From assembly GCA_902568875.1 (NCBI GenBank), contig CACFSG010000002.1, positions 1,564 through 65,563 of the forward strand: a stretch of DNA of 64,000 nt, read 5' to 3'. This DNA comes from an uncultured Pelagibacteraceae bacterium (GTDB lineage Bacteria > Pseudomonadota > Alphaproteobacteria > Pelagibacterales > Pelagibacteraceae). This document shows positions 62,140 to 64,000 of this stretch, piece after piece. The position numbers and the translations under genes were made by a program. The notes under the pieces are model-generated. The model did no database searches and had not been told where the DNA came from. It saw nothing but the letters and a program-made list of their open reading frames with translations. Position 1 is the first letter of the stretch. Every line of letters begins with the position of its first letter.

Positions 62140-62388
62140 ATGATATTTTATGTTTATATGCTCAAAAGCTTAAATAATAAAATAACAAAAACATATGTTG
62201 GATATACAAATAACTTAAATTTAAGATTAGAAAAACATAATGCTGGCAAAGGAGCAAAATCTACTCGTGGTTATAAGTGGAAAATTATCTATAAAAAAAG
62301 ATTTTATGATAAAAGATTAGCTATGTCATTTGAGTATAAATTGAAGAAAAATCAAAAAAAAAGAAAATATTTGTTAAGTATAAATTAA
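62140..62388 (+). CDS. Small GIY-YIG nuclease (UPF0213/YhbQ-like)
   Basis: FYVYML...TYVGYTNNL..RL..HN.GKGAKST and A...E..LK motifs. Confidence 0.88.
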   Translation: MIFYVYMLKSLNNKITKTYVGYTNNLNLRLEKHNAGKGAKSTRGYKWKIIYKKRFYDKRLAMSFEYKLKKNQKKRKYLLSIN

Positions 62389-62389
62389 T

Positions 62390-64000
62390 ATGAAAATTGC
62401 ATCAATCTTACCATATAAAGAAAATTATACTCAAAAAGGAGCAGGGGCAGTTGCCCTATGGATAAGTGATTTTATAAGAGACTCTGTTTACAAAAAAAAT
62501 ACTTACATCATTGGAAGTACAAATAATAAAAATTATTTAACTAAAAATTATCTAAATATAAATATAGATAACATTAATTCAAAACTAAATAGCACTACAA
62601 AAGAATATTCAAATAAAATTATTAATAAAATCAAAAATTTAAATTTTGATATTATAGAAATACACAATAGACCTATTATGGTTAAAGAATTTTTTAAAAA
62701 GATTAATTCTAAAATTATTTTATATTTTCACAATGATCCTACAACCATGAAAGGTGCTAAATCAATTGAAGAACGTATATATCTTTTAAAAACCGTTGAT
62801 AAAATAATTTTTATTTCAGAATGGGTTAAAAAAAGATTTTTTAATGATTTACCAAAATTATCTGATAATAAAACACAAATTATTTATCATAGTATTGATC
62901 CAATTAAAAAAAATATTAAAAAAAATAAACAAATAATTTTTGTAGGAAAATTAAATGAATCTAAAGGTTATGATTTATATTGTAAATCAATGTTTAAAGT
63001 TTTAAATGAAAACAAAGATTGGAAAGCTTATTCTATTGGTGAAGAAAAAAGATTTCAAAATTTTCCAACACATAAAAAACATTTAAATCTAGGACAAATA
63101 TCTCATAATAAAGTTTTAGATCATCTAGGTAAATCTGAAATAGCGGTTATTCCTTCAAGATGGGAAGAACCTTTTGGAAGAACAGCCCTAGAAGCTTCTT
63201 CAAGAGGTTGTGCAACGATTATTTCTAATAAAGGAGGTCTTACTGAAACAACTGATTATGCAATTAAATTAAAAAAGTTAGACGTAAAAAGTATTGAAAA
63301 TGAAATTATAAAATTAATTAAAAATAAGACTTTAAGAAAATCAATTCAGTTAAAAAGTAAAAAATTTGTTAAGCATCAATTAAGATTAAATTCTGTAAAA
63401 ATTGATTTAATGAGAGATTCCTTATTTCCCTTCAAAAATATCAATATTAGTAATAGTAAATTAAGAATATTAAATATTTATAATTTAGCTCAAAAACTGA
63501 ATCATAGAATTTATAATCTATCATTAGGTAAAAAATTTACTAATGGTTTTATTAGAAATGGCCATGATGTAATTGAAATTAGCGACAGAGATTACGTGCG
63601 CCAAAATAAAAGTTTAAATTTATTGAGTATCAAAGATAAATTTCACACTTATCTTATTGAAACTTTTAAAAATTATAACCCTGACTTAATTATTTTTGGT
63701 CATTCAGAAAATATTACTGAAAATATTTTACATGATTTTAAATCGCTAAATAAAAATGTTATTATTTCACAATGGAATGAAGATCCTTTAATGAGTGATT
63801 TAGCCGAAACATCTGATAATATTGATAAATTAAAAAAATTTATTCCGGAAGTTGATCATTCTTTTATTACAACTAACCCTTCAGTTTTGAATTTTTCAAA
63901 AAAATACGCTCAAAATATTCATTTTTTCATGACCCCAGTAGATAAAAATATTGAGTGTTTTGATGTTTTTAAACTTAAACCTGATAATGATGTATTTTAT
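62390..64000 (+). CDS. Multi-domain glycosyltransferase (N-terminal GT4/GT-B plus a second putative GT domain), truncated by window end
   Basis: Not in the ORF track because it has no stop in the window. ATG 62390 gives MKIASILPYKENY..GAGAV, EIHNRP, FVGKLNESKG and PSRWEEPFGRTALEA; the frame stays open to 64000 through NGFIRNGHDV...QWNEDP. Confidence 0.85.
   Translation, partial: MKIASILPYKENYTQKGAGAVALWISDFIRDSVYKKNTYIIGSTNNKNYLTKNYLNINIDNINSKLNSTTKEYSNKIINKIKNLNFDIIEIHNRPIMVKEFFKKINSKIILYFHNDPTTMKGAKSIEERIYLLKTVDKIIFISEWVKKRFFNDLPKLSDNKTQIIYHSIDPIKKNIKKNKQIIFVGKLNESKGYDLYCKSMFKVLNENKDWKAYSIGEEKRFQNFPTHKKHLNLGQISHNKVLDHLGKSEIAVIPSRWEEPFGRTALEASSRGCATIISNKGGLTETTDYAIKLKKLDVKSIENEIIKLIKNKTLRKSIQLKSKKFVKHQLRLNSVKIDLMRDSLFPFKNINISNSKLRILNIYNLAQKLNHRIYNLSLGKKFTNGFIRNGHDVIEISDRDYVRQNKSLNLLSIKDKFHTYLIETFKNYNPDLIIFGHSENITENILHDFKSLNKNVIISQWNEDPLMSDLAETSDNIDKLKKFIPEVDHSFITTNPSVLNFSKKYAQNIHFFMTPVDKNIECFDVFKLKPDNDVFY

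Noticed and set aside
62140-62388. GIY-YIG gene as a homing endonuclease or intron marker
   Set aside because: At 82 aa it has the catalytic domain only, typical of stand-alone UPF0213 proteins, and the adjacent tRNA is uninterrupted.

Overview
This is a very AT-rich, gene-dense alphaproteobacterial chromosome segment. Tiny intergenic spacers, overlapping stop/start codons and the gene content point to a streamlined SAR11/Pelagibacter-like genome (inference from composition and gene order, not a database match). Most of it is core housekeeping: the end of an aapQMP-type amino-acid ABC operon, valS, ilvD, argS-nagZ-scpAB-tatABC-serS, yajC-secDF, uvrA/ssb-gyrA-coaD-tgt, recG, mltB-rlpA-dacA-tmk-holB-metG-tatD, nhaA, sbmA and glpX. 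There are six tRNAs (Asn, Cys, Lys, Ser, Pro, Glu). The accessory-looking part is a nutrient-stress block at about 9.7-21.4 kb: phoR-pstSCAB-phoU-phoB, a convergent three-gene cassette (73-aa membrane protein, arsC, AqpS-like aquaporin) with no ArsR, and zur-znuBC/znuA. Pho-box-like 11-bp repeats lie upstream of pstS, upstream of pstC (just after a terminator) and, more weakly, upstream of the arsenic cassette, which suggests PhoB-wired arsenate detoxification. Other notable items are a homopolymer frameshift in valS, an 87-aa gene in the FtsN position, an RlpA lacking its catalytic motifs, a TGT lacking most zinc ligands, a compact ManC, tandem Zur boxes, a 42-bp repeat expansion in znuA, and glycosyltransferase islets near tRNA-Pro and tRNA-Glu. 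No CRISPR array, integrase, transposase or rRNA was seen.
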